DNA of 56,513 nucleotides, counting the filler, from a bacterium (GTDB taxonomy: Bacteria > UBP15 > UBA6099 > JAJRTR01), in the NCBI GenBank assembly GCA_024278215.1. It is 3 parts of 3 records of this genome, joined end to end, with 100 filler letters (N's around TTAATTAATTAA, not from the genome) between each part and the next. Parts side by side here need not be neighbours in the genome. Positions count along the whole stretch, not along the records: positions 45,362 to 56,513 come from JAJRTR010000027.1; 2 more parts are not named here. One strand, written 5' to 3'. The notes under the pieces were generated by a model. That model searched no databases and was not told the DNA's origin. It saw only the letters and a list, made by a program, of their open reading frames with translations. Made by a program: the position numbers and the translations under genes. Positions 56,057-56,513 of the stretch are shown one piece after another. Each line of letters starts with the position of its first letter. Position 1 is the first letter of the stretch.

Positions 56057-56284
56057 TTATTCGCCGCCTCTCAGCAGCAGTTCCTTTACCAGCGCCTGTG
56101 TCTCGTTCTGTGGCCTGAACACTTCGACGCCGCTTCCGTCATACCGGTTCGATGTCCCAAGTTGAATCTCACCGAGCGCGAGAGAAAACTCCGCCAGTTT
56201 CTCTATCATCGTATAGCTGAGCCTGCCTTCGTTCATCAGGCTTTCGAGATATTGAACAGTATGGTTGAATAGAATTTTTTTCAT
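56057..56284 (-). CDS. Hypothetical protein (75 aa)
   Basis: ATG with SD AGGGAG; fills an otherwise empty interval; no recognisable motif. Confidence 0.5.
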   Translation of the reverse strand: MKKILFNHTVQYLESLMNEGRLSYTMIEKLAEFSLALGEIQLGTSNRYDGSGVEVFRPQNETQALVKELLLRGGE

Positions 56285-56321
56285 GTCGCTGCTCCCTGGA
56301 ACTCTCTATTATTGTTTCTAT

Positions 56322-56373
56322 CCCGGATTTCTCACAAAGAAATTCGGAAAATCGCGATAATGCCTATTCTACT
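56322..56373 (-). mobile_element. Family-B right end (reverse), interrupted by family A
   Basis: cccggatttctcacaaagaaattcggaaaatcgcgataatgcctattctact matches the reverse complement of the end of 50840-51014. Confidence 0.8.
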
Positions 56374-56513
56374 GAGCCAATTGCAAAATTATGTTCGTAG
56401 CGAGGTCGAGCGAAATTGTTCAGAGCAAGGCGGAGGTGTAAAATCCTCGCAGGCGTACTTGTAGAGTACGTCGAGGACGATTTTGTGCCGACAACGCAGC
56501 TATGGACAATAGC
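56374..56513 (+). mobile_element. Family-A MITE, cut by the window end
   Basis: Near-identical to 15026 onward. Confidence 0.85.

Noticed and set aside
1-56513. CRISPR array, tRNA, rRNA, transposase or prophage genes
   Set aside because: Repeats are dispersed, not regularly spaced with unique spacers; no such genes recognised by eye. A covariance-model scan would be needed to exclude small RNAs.

Overview
Window from a bacterium with an outer membrane (porin, outer-membrane barrel protein, GT9 heptosyltransferase). It consists of three contigs joined by artificial 100-nt N/TTAATTAATTAA/N linkers (31563-31662, 45262-45361), so gene neighbourhoods across those points mean nothing. The standout locus is 1-10877: a nitrogenase-like NifH/D/K set that cannot be a true nitrogenase (3+1 Cys ligand pattern as in chlorophyllide reductase, no FeMoco Cys, Arg100-equivalent is Leu, sigma70-type promoter). 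It is clustered with a radical SAM-methyltransferase fusion, two paralogous GT-C-like membrane proteins and a membrane SGNH hydrolase, suggesting an uncharacterised reductive biosynthesis or envelope-decoration pathway. The rest of contig 1 holds an M23 peptidase, lexA with a candidate GAAC-N4-GTTC box, a 4-Cys microprotein, RNase HI with a C-terminal hybrid-binding domain, hisS, an archaeal-type thrS with Asp at the Zn-ligand Cys position, FapA/HD-GYP, GT9, deaD, a Tat phosphoesterase, a sulfatase-fold protein and an MBOAT. Contig 2 holds a DUF2064-like/radical SAM pair, a CrtI-family/ferredoxin-reductase pair, a porin, an acyl-CoA dehydrogenase, YkvA, a TMTC-like protein and a two-component system. 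Contig 3 holds an FN3 surface protein, a FecR-TPR-barrel protein, a secreted TPR-CHAT protease and an AlkP phosphodiesterase. Intergenic DNA is full of at least five families of small non-autonomous elements, some with 4-bp target duplications, nested or fused together. No rRNA, tRNA, CRISPR array or transposase was seen. All family calls are from motif recognition by eye; no searches were run.
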